IMG/VR virus record: IMGVR_UViG_3300033067_002092
Coordinates: 1-32,878 of that record
Reading direction: 5' to 3' (one strand)
Origin: a virus
Taxonomy: Duplodnaviria > Caudoviricetes
DNA: 32,878 nt
The notes beneath the pieces were generated by a model. It ran no database searches. It was given only the letters and a program-made list of their open reading frames with translations, and had not been told where the DNA came from. Positions 17,401-25,663 of this stretch are shown piece after piece (within the stretch, counting starts at the first letter, position 1; each line of letters begins with the position of its first letter). Position numbers and translations under genes: made by a program.

Positions 17401-20111
17401 GCGTGGGCACGCCCACCTCGGTCAACGCCGTCTTCAGCCTTCCTGCCGCGCCGGTCGTGACCAGCGCGAAGAAGGCCACGAACTTCACGCTCGACTGGTC
17501 CACGCCCTCGAGCAGCCTGCCAATCGCCTACTACGAAGTGCGCTTTGGTTCGTCGTTTGCCATCGGCTCGGTCATCGGCTCGATCAGCGGCAACCAGTTG
17601 ACCATTCCAATCAACTGGCTCGGTTCGCGCACCTTCTGGGTTGCGGCGGTCGATCTGAACGGCAACGTCGGGACGGCAACAAGCCATGCGCTGTCGGTTC
17701 TCGTGCCTCATGCACCGACCGGCTTCACGGCCACCTACAACCAGAGCCAGGTGACGGTCTCGTGGGCAGACGCTGCCGAGACCCTGCCGGTGGACTTCTA
17801 CGAGATCAAGCGCGGTGCGGACTGGTCAACCGGCGTGCTGGTGGGCAAGGCCTACACCAACACCCTCACGCTCGAAGTGAGCTGGACCGAATCGGCCACG
17901 TTCACTGTTCGCGCCACCGATGTCAACGGCAATGCAGGCGCCATCGGCACCTACGTGAATGGCATCTCCGCCCCCGGCGCAGTCAGCGTGGCTCACCAGT
18001 TCAAGGACGGCAATGCGATTCTGACCTGGGCCACGCCGGCCGGTGGATCACTCCCGATTCGACAGTATGAAGTGCGTGAAGGCGCCACCTGGGCCACGGG
18101 CTCCATCGTGGGCGTGACCAGCGATCGGCTGTATTCGATCCCCGTCAACTGGACCTCGAGCAAGACCTTCTGGGTGGCTGCCGTCGATACGGCTGGCAAC
18201 TACGGCACGGCCGGCAGCCGCACCGTCACGTTCCTGAAGTACGATGCCCCAACTGGTCTCACAGCAACCGTATCGCAAGCCAACATCACGCTTGCGTGGC
18301 AATCGGCCGCGAACGGCTCGCTCGACATCGCCTACTACGACATCCGTTTCGGCAGTACCTGGGACACGGGTGAGATCATCGGCAAGGCCAATACCACCAC
18401 CATCACGCTGCCAATCACATGGGTGGGCAGTCGCACGCTCTGGGTGACGGCAGTCGATACCAACAAGCAGTTCGGTACGTCGGCTTCCGTAGCCACCAGT
18501 GTCGTTGCGCCTGGCGCTCCAAGCGTCTCCTCGACGGTGGTTGTGGCCAAAGCTGAACTGAGCTGGACTGCACCAAGCGCGACGCTGCCAATCCGCGAGT
18601 ACGAGATCCGTCACGGCGCCTCTTGGGCGGCAGGCACGGTCGTGGCCACGACTCTCTCTACCGCCTACCGGGCGCCTGTGGAGTGGCTGGGCAATCGCAC
18701 CTACTGGATTGCTGCTCGCGACGTGAATGGCAACGTCGGCACTGCTGGGTCTACGGTCGTCACTGTGACGGTGCCTGTGGCCCCTACGGTGAGTGGCGCA
18801 TTCTCGCTCGACGAGTTCAAGCTCAACTGGACCGACCCGGCCTCGACACTGCCCATCGACGAGTACGAAATCCGCTACGGCACCACATGGGCCGCCGGCA
18901 CAGTGCTCGGCCGCGTGAAGGGCACAACCATCTCGACCAAGGCCCAGTGGGTGGGGTCGCGAACATGGTGGGTTGCCGCTGTCGATGTGAACGGTAATGT
19001 GGGCACGGCAGGCTCGACCTCGCTCACCATTACCGCCCCGTCGGCGCCCAACGTGACGCAGCAGGTGGTGGACAACAACGTGCTGCTCTACTGGACTCAG
19101 CCAACCGGCACACTGCCGGTCGTCACCAACGAACTGCGTCGAGGCGCCACCTGGGCGAGCGCAACTTCCATCGGTCAGAAAGCGGGCGGCTTCACCACTG
19201 TCTTCGAGACTGTGGCCGGCACCTACACCTACTGGGTGGCAGGCGTTGACAGTGCGGGCAACGTCGGCACCCCTGGCAAGGTGACGACCAGCGTGAGCCA
19301 GCCGCCCGACTATGCGCTGTTGGCTGACAACAACCTGACCTTTGCTGGCACCAAGTCGAACATGGTGCTCGACACGGACGGCAGCTACATCTTGCCGGTG
19401 AACACCACCGAGACCTTTGCGCAGCACTTCACAACGCGCGCCTGGACGACCCCTGATTCGCAGATCGCTGCCGGCTACCCCGTCTTCATTCAGCCGGCCA
19501 ACAGCCCAGGCTACTACGAAGAGGTGATCGACTACGGCACCGCCATCGGTGGCACCAAGGTCACGGTCACGCCGACCGGCAATACCGTGGCAGGTTCGCC
19601 CGCAACAACCATCGACATCAGCGTGAAGCTGAACGTGGGTGATGCCTGGACGGACTACCCGAGCACCTCGTCGGTCTTCGTCAACAACTTCCGCTACGTG
19701 AAGGTCCGCTTCACGGTCACGGGCGACAACCTTTCGCTGTACCGATTGGCTAAGTTGAACGTCAAACTCGACACCAAAGTTCGCAATGAGGCTGGCATGA
19801 ATACCGCCAGCGCGACTGACGCTGTCTCGGGCGCCAACGCGATCATCAACGGCGTGTCGCTCACGAACGTGAACCCCACCAACAGCTCTGGCGTGCGAGT
19901 GCCTGATGGTGCGGGTACGCTGATTCGGTTTAGCACGAGCTTTGTGGACATCCAGGCAATCGAGATTTCACTTGCTCTGGGCTCAACCGCTCGCTACGCG
20001 CTCTACGACTTCGTGGACGTGCCCAACGCGGCCGGCTTCAAGGTCATGCTCTACGATGCGTCTGGCACGCGCGTGGGCGGAGCCTTCTCTTGGTCAGTCA
20101 AGGGCTATTGA
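14403..20111 (+). CDS. Central tail fibre / host specificity protein, lambda gpJ-like, with an expanded FN3 array
   Basis: 1902 aa. gpJ motifs GEGPI.GL, YSGVWNGTFK..SNNPAW, RYGLG, DGFGGTEPRF and GCTSRGQAAR.GKW. About ten FN3-like repeats follow. Confidence 0.95.
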   Translation: MNEAKDSLRSKATLSILDLLGEGPIGGLVNGMQGVFLNGTPVQNGNGTLNFQGVSQDIRGGGNTQAVMPGFGNYIESPYSVGAQVKTTTPYVFSVSRADADAVRVIVSVPGLTSTDGGSGDIYGATVQYKFEVSTNNGATWSDQYADYTWPEVGTFASEGGYLTANAPSAAYYGIRATVTVSSTMVEYGTITVQAQEFNGLAWQNLGAPKAVQVSYVTVSDEYGTYFTPAGVDYTVESAYNKVRFVIVGNTTTGGFVNGSRIYSKAGTTTCTISGKSRSRYQRSHILHIPPGSNTRVRVTRLTADSASALLQNDLFLDSYAEIVTLNMEYPNSAIFGLRVDSQQFGGGIPNRSYLVDGLYIRVPVNYDPVARTYSGVWNGTFKYAVSNNPAWVLFDVLTHKRYGLGNFIEDTQVDKAMLYTIGKYCDELVPDGFGGTEPRFTLNTVIANSSDSYKLISDIASVFRGMGFWDGGMVSFTQDAPADPVMLYSPANVIAGEFSYAGSARKDRHSVVHVTWNDPADNYKQKVEYVEDAELVALYGVRKADTLAFGCTSRGQAARVGKWILYTEKYESDLITFKVGLDSAFVMPGNIVKIHDPNRAGRRAAGRLVACTTTSATLDSSVTLTGVTTMSIMMPDGTFADRQLLQSAGAHSTVTWASALPQTPVANAVWMMAETNLQPVLARVIGVAQGQNPGEFDIAALEHNPSKFNAIEQGWALEDRKTSIIDASFVQTPTQLSVTEARYKAAPGVFANKLLIFWYGDSTQYEVAYRGTGATNKSNWITTRVTDGLSLEVQNVATGSYEVSVVGINPLGKRSESTSATYTVVGKVKPPSDVAQFYALPNAQGVELTWVPIADEDVKSYEVRVCATPGQAWEAATKVIETPLVVYQLPPTASGTYEWLVKAIDTAGNFSTNAKRVSATLTAPGTVTPTYAYSRADIVVSWGAATAGSLPIKHYLIKRGATWASATDIGTTVDLSYKTPVKWAATTLIWVAAVDIAGSVGTPTSVNAVFSLPAAPVVTSAKKATNFTLDWSTPSSSLPIAYYEVRFGSSFAIGSVIGSISGNQLTIPINWLGSRTFWVAAVDLNGNVGTATSHALSVLVPHAPTGFTATYNQSQVTVSWADAAETLPVDFYEIKRGADWSTGVLVGKAYTNTLTLEVSWTESATFTVRATDVNGNAGAIGTYVNGISAPGAVSVAHQFKDGNAILTWATPAGGSLPIRQYEVREGATWATGSIVGVTSDRLYSIPVNWTSSKTFWVAAVDTAGNYGTAGSRTVTFLKYDAPTGLTATVSQANITLAWQSAANGSLDIAYYDIRFGSTWDTGEIIGKANTTTITLPITWVGSRTLWVTAVDTNKQFGTSASVATSVVAPGAPSVSSTVVVAKAELSWTAPSATLPIREYEIRHGASWAAGTVVATTLSTAYRAPVEWLGNRTYWIAARDVNGNVGTAGSTVVTVTVPVAPTVSGAFSLDEFKLNWTDPASTLPIDEYEIRYGTTWAAGTVLGRVKGTTISTKAQWVGSRTWWVAAVDVNGNVGTAGSTSLTITAPSAPNVTQQVVDNNVLLYWTQPTGTLPVVTNELRRGATWASATSIGQKAGGFTTVFETVAGTYTYWVAGVDSAGNVGTPGKVTTSVSQPPDYALLADNNLTFAGTKSNMVLDTDGSYILPVNTTETFAQHFTTRAWTTPDSQIAAGYPVFIQPANSPGYYEEVIDYGTAIGGTKVTVTPTGNTVAGSPATTIDISVKLNVGDAWTDYPSTSSVFVNNFRYVKVRFTVTGDNLSLYRLAKLNVKLDTKVRNEAGMNTASATDAVSGANAIINGVSLTNVNPTNSSGVRVPDGAGTLIRFSTSFVDIQAIEISLALGSTARYALYDFVDVPNAAGFKVMLYDASGTRVGGAFSWSVKGY
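17170..19300 (+). repeat. Eight tandem ~89-aa FN3-like repeats in gpJ
   Basis: Recurrent LPI..YE.R.G..W..G...G and W.AAVD.NGNVGT motifs. Boundaries are approximate. Confidence 0.85.
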
Positions 20112-20136
20112 CCATAAGTCATTCGTGACGTAACAT
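20108..20136 (+). promoter_or_regulatory. Sigma70-like promoter for the tail fibre with the motif in the spacer
   Basis: TTGACC (20108-20113), 17 nt, TAACAT (20131-20136). TAAGTCA-ttcg-TGAC at 20115-20129. Confidence 0.7.
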
Positions 20137-20157
20137 CAGGCATTCCGAGAATTACAC

Positions 20158-22089
20158 ATGGCAAACTGGAACCTTCCGACCACCGCGTCCACCTACGTGA
20201 ACTACACGACCGAGCTGGACGCTCGGCTGGACGACCTTGCCTTGGGCTTGGACCCTGCGCTCGTCACCGTCACCAATGCGCCGACCAACACCATTCGCTG
20301 GAGCTCAGCTTCGTCCAAATGGGAGAAGTTCAACGGCACGGCCTGGTCTGATCTTGCCGCTACCTACGGGATCAACGTCGCCACCGCCAACGCCTGGGCG
20401 ACCGCTCGCACAGTCTCGCTGACGGGTGATGTGACAGCCACCTCGGCGGCCTGGACGGGCTCGGCAAACCTCTCGATTGCCGCCACACTTCCCACCGTCA
20501 ACGGCAATGTGGGCAGCTTTGGCTCCTCCTCGGCCGTTCCGGTGCTGACCGTGAACGCCAAGGGTCTCATCACTGCTGTTTCTACCGCAGCACTTGGCAC
20601 AATCGCCTCGCAAAATGCAAGCGCCGTTGCAATCACCGGTGGCTCGATTGCCGGCGCCGCACTGACGCTCGCTCAATCCACGACTGCCGCCCCAACGGGC
20701 GAGGGCGTGATCGAATGGGACACCGATGACGATGTGTTGAAGATCGGCACCGGCACAGGCACGAAGACGCTCGTCAACACTGACAACACCCAGACACTCA
20801 CCAACAAGACGCTCGGCGCGGGCTCGACTTGGAGCGGCAACGCTGTCGCTGTCGCCTCGGGCGGCACCGGCGCCAGTGACGCTGCGACCGCCCGCACGAA
20901 TTTGGGCATCGCCTCGATGGGCACGCAAGCCGCCTCGGCCGTTGCCATCACGGGCGGAAGTATCGCGGGCACCGCAATCACACTGGTGCAATCGACCACT
21001 GCCGCTCCGACTGCCGAGGGTCGCATCGAGTGGGATTTGGATGACGACCTGATCGTGCTTGGCACGGCGACCGGCACCAAGATTCAGGTCAACACCGATT
21101 CGACCCAGACGCTGACCAACAAGACGCTGGGCGCAGGCTCGAGCTGGACAGGAAACGTCATTGCGGCAAGCTACATCGCCACGCTCAATCAAAGCACGAC
21201 CGGCAACGCCGCAACAGCAACCACCCTTCAGACCGCTCGCACGATCAACGGTGTGTCGTTCAACGGCAGCGCCAACATCACGGTCACGGCCAACACCACC
21301 ACCGCGCTCACCTTCAACAACGGTGGCGCGGGTGTAGTCAGCGGCACGACGTTTGACGGCAGTACCGCCCGAACAATCTCCTACAACACGGTGGGCGCCC
21401 CGAGCACCACTGGCACCAACGCTACCGGCACCTGGAGCATTGGCATCACCGGTAACGCGGGCACTGTCACGAACGGCGTCTACACCACGGGTGACCAGAC
21501 GATTGCCGGTATCAAGACTTTCTCGGATACGCCCATCGGTCTTTCGAGCGCCCTCACTGGCGGCCCTGGCTTCACTGTGCGCAACACGGCAACCGCCAAC
21601 AACACCACCAAGGCAGTCTCACTCAGTTATCAAGGCACGACCACGATCGGCGGCATCAAGGACGTAGCTCAAATCTACGCCCAGCCGGCCGATGGCGACT
21701 GGATCGGTAGCTCGATGAGCTTCTGGGTGCGTAGCGCCAACACGCTCTATTCACGCGCTACCCTGGATAGCGCTGGCAACTTCGTCGCCACGGGCAACGT
21801 GACAGGCACCTCTGACGAGAGCCTGAAGTGCAACTGGCGCAGCCTGCCTGACAACTTCCTCGAGCAACTGGCCACCGTCAAGTACGGCGTCTACGACCGC
21901 CTCGACATCGAACAGACCCAGGTCGGCGTAAGCGCCCAGAGCCTGAAGCCTGTGATGCCCTGGGCTGTCACCGCCGGCACCGATGGTCTTCTGTCGGTCG
22001 CCTATGGCAACGCCGCGCTGGTTGCCGTCATCGAGCTGACCAGCAAAGTCATCGCGCTTGAGGCTCGCCTCGCCCAATTGGAGCAATAA
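20158..22089 (+). CDS. Side tail fibre with a C-terminal intramolecular chaperone (peptidase S74-like)
   Basis: Thr/Gly/Ala-rich fibre modules (TARTINGVSFNGSANIT; TGDQTIAGIKTF). SDESLK at 21811 is followed by G.SAQ, LSVAY and a terminal coiled coil. Confidence 0.88.
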   Translation: MANWNLPTTASTYVNYTTELDARLDDLALGLDPALVTVTNAPTNTIRWSSASSKWEKFNGTAWSDLAATYGINVATANAWATARTVSLTGDVTATSAAWTGSANLSIAATLPTVNGNVGSFGSSSAVPVLTVNAKGLITAVSTAALGTIASQNASAVAITGGSIAGAALTLAQSTTAAPTGEGVIEWDTDDDVLKIGTGTGTKTLVNTDNTQTLTNKTLGAGSTWSGNAVAVASGGTGASDAATARTNLGIASMGTQAASAVAITGGSIAGTAITLVQSTTAAPTAEGRIEWDLDDDLIVLGTATGTKIQVNTDSTQTLTNKTLGAGSSWTGNVIAASYIATLNQSTTGNAATATTLQTARTINGVSFNGSANITVTANTTTALTFNNGGAGVVSGTTFDGSTARTISYNTVGAPSTTGTNATGTWSIGITGNAGTVTNGVYTTGDQTIAGIKTFSDTPIGLSSALTGGPGFTVRNTATANNTTKAVSLSYQGTTTIGGIKDVAQIYAQPADGDWIGSSMSFWVRSANTLYSRATLDSAGNFVATGNVTGTSDESLKCNWRSLPDNFLEQLATVKYGVYDRLDIEQTQVGVSAQSLKPVMPWAVTAGTDGLLSVAYGNAALVAVIELTSKVIALEARLAQLEQ

Positions 22090-22473
22090 ATGTCAAGTAA
22101 CCTCACCAGCGATCGCGTCACCGTCACCGTCGGAGCCGCCACTCGTGCCGTTCACCATGACGGCACGAACATGGGCTTCCTGAATTCGAGCGGGGGCTGG
22201 GACGCCTACGCCAACAACAGCGGTCAAATCTGGACGGCCAACTACGGTTGGCTGCACGACGCATTTTTCTCGTCAGTCGTCAACTGCGCGGGAAACATCA
22301 ACTCGGCCGGCGGAAATCCAGCCATCAACTGCTACGGAACAAACTGCTTTTCGCAATCTCAGTGCCAGACAGAACTGGTTGATAGCGGCGGAACTCTCCA
22401 AATTCGAGAAGTCCGATTCGCCTATGCAAACTGCAATTGCGCCTGTGACTGTTCCAACTGCGCGAACGCTTAA
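22090..22473 (+). CDS. Small fibre-like protein with a Cys-rich C-terminus; candidate radical SAM substrate
   Basis: SD GGAG, starts immediately after the fibre stop. All 9 Cys lie in residues 66-127, six of them as Asn-Cys. Ends ANCNCACDCSNCANA. Confidence 0.75.
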   Translation: MSSNLTSDRVTVTVGAATRAVHHDGTNMGFLNSSGGWDAYANNSGQIWTANYGWLHDAFFSSVVNCAGNINSAGGNPAINCYGTNCFSQSQCQTELVDSGGTLQIREVRFAYANCNCACDCSNCANA

Positions 22474-22482
22474 GGATTACTC

Positions 22483-23274
22483 ATGCTGATCTGTCCCATT
22501 TCCCTGACCGCAGAGCAGGCTCAAACCCACACAGGCGAGATGCTTCGGGTCGTCAAGGCCCCAAGCGGCGCCGTGACTGTCACGCTCGTCAATTCCATGT
22601 TTGAGTTCACCTTCGATCCCGCGCTCGTGACGCAGCGGCCCGACGTGATGTTCCTCAACAAGAACACCGTAGGCGGGCCCGCCTTTACGTGGTTGAGCCA
22701 AACTGGCGACAGTGCCGACGGTTACCTGAGTTCGCGTACTGCCAAGCGCATCCACGCCGATAGCGTCTGTCTAGCCCTCTTTGGCGTTGACGCGCAGGGC
22801 GAGGTCTTCGTGTACGCACTGCGTGGCGTCCTCGAGCACGAGGGCTTCGCGAGCGTTGTGGAGGTTGGCTTCAACGACCCCAAGGCCGAGAAGCGCTCCA
22901 GCAACGTCACGGACGTGCTTTTGAACAACCCCACCTCGAGCGGCACCTTGGCGCACTACGCCTCGGCCTCGCTCAAGGCGTTCATCCAGCACATGCACCT
23001 CAAGCAGGTGACGCTCGCCAAACTGAGCACGGCTCGTTCGCTCGACACTCTGGAGCGCCAGGTGGACTTGCTCACGCACGTCGTCCTGGAGTTGGCCGCA
23101 GCAGCGGGTGTCTCGACCCACGGCCTTGCCCAAGTGCTGAACGCGGCCAGCGCTGCCCCTGCGGAGGCGCAAAAGTCCATCAGTCGAGTGCTTGCCTACA
23201 AGACCCACGTTCGCAACGTCGCGCAAGCCCACGGAGAAAAGGTGAAGGAGCTCTACTCGGCAACCGAAGAGTGA
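22483..23274 (+). CDS. Hypothetical protein (263 aa) in the rSAM cassette
   Basis: SD AAGGA and an open frame with normal codon bias. Helical C-terminus (SLDTLERQVDLLTHVV). Confidence 0.75.
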   Translation: MLICPISLTAEQAQTHTGEMLRVVKAPSGAVTVTLVNSMFEFTFDPALVTQRPDVMFLNKNTVGGPAFTWLSQTGDSADGYLSSRTAKRIHADSVCLALFGVDAQGEVFVYALRGVLEHEGFASVVEVGFNDPKAEKRSSNVTDVLLNNPTSSGTLAHYASASLKAFIQHMHLKQVTLAKLSTARSLDTLERQVDLLTHVVLELAAAAGVSTHGLAQVLNAASAAPAEAQKSISRVLAYKTHVRNVAQAHGEKVKELYSATEE

Positions 23275-23281
23275 GCCTGGC

Positions 23282-23287
23282 TATAAT
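23282..23287 (+). promoter_or_regulatory. Consensus -10 box upstream of the rSAM gene
   Basis: TATAAT in an AT-rich 33-nt gap. No recognisable -35 and no GTCA-N4-TGAC motif. Confidence 0.45.
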
Positions 23288-23307
23288 GATTATTTTGCGG
23301 AGAAGCA

Positions 23308-24657
23308 ATGGCTGAATTTATCATCACGACCAAAAGTACCAGTGGAGCGCCGGCCATTCGCCTGCGCTACGATACGTCCGTATCGAGCCTTGTCAATGCC
23401 GATACCGGAGAGCCCGTAGCGCCTCGAATCGAAACGGTTAAAAAGCCGTCTGCGTTTCAAGTCTCTGTCAATCAGCCGGCGACAAAAACATCTCCCAAGG
23501 TTCTCAAAATCTCGCTTGGCCTGTCCTGCAACTACGAGTGCGAATACTGCTCGCAGCGCTTCGTGCCACGCGCGGCCGAAACCAATCCCGGAGAAGTTAA
23601 GTCATTCGTGAGCGAATTGGACGCCTGGGTCACGAGCGAGCCCAACCGCATCGAATTTTGGGGTGGCGAGCCACTCGTCTACATCAAGACGATGCGCCCG
23701 CTCGCCGAGGCGCTTCGCGTCAAGTATCCGAACGCGATGTTCTCCATCATCACCAACGGCTCGCTGCTCACGCTCGAACTGAATGAGTGGCTCGATACCA
23801 TGGGGTTCAGCGTGGGCCTGTCTCATGATGGGCCAGGCCAGTCGGTGCGTGGGCCAGACCCCCTTGATTCGCCCGAGACGAAGGCAGCAATCCTCGATCT
23901 GTGGAAGCGCCTTGGGCCTCAGCGCCGCATGAGCTTCAACGCCATGCTCAACCGCAACAATCCCAGTCGGGCCGCCATTCAGCAGTTCTTCGCCGACTTG
24001 GTGCAAGACCCAAGCGTTCCCATCGGCGAGGGCGCCTTCGTTGACGCCTACGACGAGGGTGGCGCGGCCAACTCGCTCAAGCCCGAAGAGTTCGCCGCGT
24101 TTCGCAACCTCTCGTTCGCTGAAATCCGAACCGGACAGGCGGCAAACTTCCACGCCGTGCGGGATCGGGTCACGAGCTTTGTGAACTCCATTCGAGTCGG
24201 CCGGAAATCCGACTCTCTGTCGCAGAAGTGCGGCATGGACTTGCCCGAGAACATCGCTGTGGACTTACGAGGCAACGTCATGACTTGCCAGAACGTGAGT
24301 GCAGCCTCCGTCGCACCCAACGGTCAGAGTCACAACATCGGCCACGTCTCGGACCTGGCCAACGTCAAGCTCAACACGGCCACGCACTGGGCCAAGCGAA
24401 GCGAGTGCCCCAACTGCCCAATGCTCCACATCTGCAAGGGCTCTTGCATGTTCCTCGAGGGCGATCTCTGGGAAACCTCGTGCGACAACGCCTTCTCGGA
24501 CGCTGTTCCGATCTTCGCCGCTGCCATCGAATTCATGACGGGGCTCGTCCCCATGCGAATCGACGGCCCCCAGCGCGAAGATCGCAAAGACCTCTGGACG
24601 CAGCAAGTCGCGCCAGCGCGGCCTCGCGTGATTCCCATCGTCGCTCACAAGGCTTGA
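23308..24657 (+). CDS. Radical SAM enzyme with a SPASM domain (anSME / peptide-maturase-like)
   Basis: CNYECEYC (CxxxCxxC, 23527-23550), FWGGEP, TNG and SHDG. SPASM-type Cys array CG..AVDLRGNVMTC..CPNCPMLHICKGSC..C. Confidence 0.93.
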   Translation: MAEFIITTKSTSGAPAIRLRYDTSVSSLVNADTGEPVAPRIETVKKPSAFQVSVNQPATKTSPKVLKISLGLSCNYECEYCSQRFVPRAAETNPGEVKSFVSELDAWVTSEPNRIEFWGGEPLVYIKTMRPLAEALRVKYPNAMFSIITNGSLLTLELNEWLDTMGFSVGLSHDGPGQSVRGPDPLDSPETKAAILDLWKRLGPQRRMSFNAMLNRNNPSRAAIQQFFADLVQDPSVPIGEGAFVDAYDEGGAANSLKPEEFAAFRNLSFAEIRTGQAANFHAVRDRVTSFVNSIRVGRKSDSLSQKCGMDLPENIAVDLRGNVMTCQNVSAASVAPNGQSHNIGHVSDLANVKLNTATHWAKRSECPNCPMLHICKGSCMFLEGDLWETSCDNAFSDAVPIFAAAIEFMTGLVPMRIDGPQREDRKDLWTQQVAPARPRVIPIVAHKA

Positions 24658-24658
24658 T

Positions 24659-24949
24659 ATGACCGAAACAACCGACAACCTGTCCTACTGGGAGCGCCCA
24701 GCGTTCCACCAGGCGCTTCAGACCGACGTGCCCACCTTCCAGAGCGACTCAGACGGCATCACCGTCGCGAAGCTCAACGATCACTTCTACAAGCTCGTGG
24801 ATGGCCAACTTCTGGGCGCTCGCGTACCGGCCGATCTGCAACTGCCCGCTGAAGGCGCCTGGGCGCTCATCACGGAAACCGGTTGGATTGCTACTAAGGC
24901 TCGCTCGATGCTCGGAACACAACTCAGCACACCAGTCACGGGTGAGTAA
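24659..24949 (+). CDS. Hypothetical protein (96 aa)
   Basis: Tightly packed between the rSAM gene and the holin (TAATG overlap). Confidence 0.65.
   Translation: MTETTDNLSYWERPAFHQALQTDVPTFQSDSDGITVAKLNDHFYKLVDGQLLGARVPADLQLPAEGAWALITETGWIATKARSMLGTQLSTPVTGE
24934..24949 (+). promoter_or_regulatory. One-mismatch motif copy over the holin RBS
   Basis: AGTCA-cggg-TGAG-TAA immediately before the ATG at 24949. Confidence 0.45.
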
Positions 24950-25167
24950 TGAAAGCGCCGCGCCTTCTCCCTGACTGGAAGCGCATCATGCGCCGCGCCT
25001 GGAGCATCAAGCTGATGATCCTGGCGGGCCTGCTATCGGGCCTGGAGGCCATCCTGCCCATCGTCATGGATGCCATCCCCTGGCCCCGCTGGCTTGCCTC
25101 CACGGTGATCTCGCTCGTGGTCGGACTTGCCTTTGTCACTCGCCTTATGGCCCAGCAAGATGATTGA
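24949..25167 (+). CDS. Putative holin
   Basis: 72 aa with a basic N-terminus (W...RRAWS) and two hydrophobic segments. Directly upstream of the lysozyme. Confidence 0.75.
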   Translation: MKAPRLLPDWKRIMRRAWSIKLMILAGLLSGLEAILPIVMDAIPWPRWLASTVISLVVGLAFVTRLMAQQDD

Positions 25168-25663
25168 TCGCTCACCCAATCGTGCCCGCGTGGCCGTAGG
25201 CAGCCTTGTGCTCGCCGCCTCCACACTCGTGGGCATCGCGCTGCATGAGGGCTACACGGACAACGCTGTCAGCCCTGTGCCAGGCGATGTGCCCACCTAC
25301 GGGCACGGCACCACGCGCCACGCCGACGGCACGCCCGTCAAGATGGGCGAGAAGACCAATGCCACCCGTGCCCTCGTCGATCTGCTGCGCGATGCGTCGA
25401 AGTTCGAGCAAGCGGTCAAGCGCTGCGCACCGGTCCCGATGCACCCCTACGAGTTCCAGGCGTATGTGAGCTTCACCTATAACGTCGGAGAGTCGGCGTT
25501 CTGCAACTCGACCCTGGTCAAGAAACTGAAGACCTTCGACTACGAGGGAGCCTGCAAAGAGCTCCTGAAGTGGGACAAGGTCAAGGGCGTGACCATCAAG
25601 GGCCTGACCGTCCGCCGTGAGGCTGAATACCGTACCTGCACGGGGCAAGGCGAGGGCGCATGA
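25160..25663 (+). CDS. Endolysin, GH24 lysozyme with a probable N-terminal SAR anchor
   Basis: ATG at 25160. A weakly hydrophobic N-terminal stretch precedes HEG. Motifs PTYGHG, AYVSFTYNVG..AFC.STL and GL..RR.AE. Confidence 0.9.
   Translation: MIDRSPNRARVAVGSLVLAASTLVGIALHEGYTDNAVSPVPGDVPTYGHGTTRHADGTPVKMGEKTNATRALVDLLRDASKFEQAVKRCAPVPMHPYEFQAYVSFTYNVGESAFCNSTLVKKLKTFDYEGACKELLKWDKVKGVTIKGLTVRREAEYRTCTGQGEGA

Noticed and set aside
22087-22092. Stop-codon read-through fusing the fibre to the in-frame Cys-rich ORF (TAA ATG)
   Set aside because: The downstream ORF has its own SD (GGAG), TAA is the least leaky stop, and S74 self-cleavage would detach any extension anyway.
23308-24657. rSAM as an anaerobic sulfatase maturase, QueE or a DNA-modification enzyme
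   Set aside because: No sulfatase, que or dpd genes are in the window, and the SPASM array and size do not fit QueE. A substrate encoded elsewhere cannot be excluded.
25245-25310. Apparently abnormal lysozyme catalytic triad (Pro where Asp/Cys is expected after Glu)
   Set aside because: The EG..A..PVPGDVPT.G.G variant is, as I recall, common among phage GH24 enzymes, so it is not evidence of inactivation.
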